In this document: positions 63,441 to 64,000 of the stretch, piece after piece | How the letters are laid out: every line of letters starts with the position of its first letter | Position numbering within the stretch: the first letter of the stretch is position 1 | Origin: Eledone cirrhosa | Lineage: Eukaryota | Direction of reading: 5' to 3' | DNA length: 64,000 nt | Assembly (NCBI GenBank): GCA_964016885.1 | Contig: OZ024742.1 | Coordinates: 142,724,001-142,788,000 of the forward strand | Notes under the pieces: generated by a model | Told to the model about the DNA's origin: nothing | What the model saw: the letters and a program-made list of their open reading frames with translations, nothing else | Database searches by the model: none | Translations under genes and position numbers: made by a program

Positions 63441-64000
63441 GTTAATATAATTTCTCCTGTGGTGTATGCAACATGGCTGAATGGTTAAGAAGTTACTTTG
63501 AAATCATAAGGTTCCAGGTTCAATCCCACTGTATAGCCTCATGAGCCAGTGTCATTTACCATAACCTCCAACTGAGCCAAGCCTTGTGAGTAAAATTGGA
63601 TAAACAGAAACTATCTGGAAACCCATCAGATGAACTGTACCTGTAATTCAATTGACCAGCTTTATCCCATGTTGAATCTCCCTAAGAATTATGTGAAGGA
63701 TACAGGGTACATATGTCTGTGGAATACTCAGCCATTTATATGTTAATTTAGTTAATAGACCACACTGTTGATCAAACAACTAGAACACTTATCAACAAAA
63801 TAAAAAATAAAAATAATACAAATCCATTTATCTTAACTCTTTAACATTTAAACAGGCCACATTCGACCAGAATTCTCTCGCCTATTTCTGTTCAAACCGG
63901 CTGTAACCAGCTACTCATACTCATGTTGTATTGTTCTCAAAATAAATAATATCAAAATCTTGTAGATTCAATATTATGTGAGATAATTATCTGAGATAGA

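Overview
AT-rich, repeat-saturated animal DNA, not prokaryotic. The SINE/LINE repertoire and an invertebrate-type U2 sequence suggest a cephalopod, probably octopus (inference). The only recognisable host gene is an SLC4A11-like (BTR1) transporter on the + strand. Seven coding exons lie between 38260 and 62388; the start exon was not found and the gene runs off the right edge. One of its exons looks lesioned but can be read in frame through an internal splice donor. Most of the rest is mobile DNA. Retroelements: RTE LINEs carrying a PHD-like finger inside the RT and inserted in (TA)n tracts; a near-full-length Naiad-type Penelope element with an intact hammerhead ribozyme; a Neptune-type Penelope fragment with a 5' inversion; R4/Dong, Tx1, CRE and CR1-like relics; tRNA-derived SINEs. 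DNA elements: a hAT relic, a complete non-autonomous Helitron, and piggyBac- and hAT-type MITEs. Also present are several long fold-back palindromes, micro- and minisatellites, a 5' U2 snRNA fragment and a tRNA-Lys relic. A weakly supported divergent minus-strand exon chain lies at about 16-19 kb. I found no clearly new multi-gene system; the best leads are listed as findings. All family assignments come from motif recognition by eye, with no database search.
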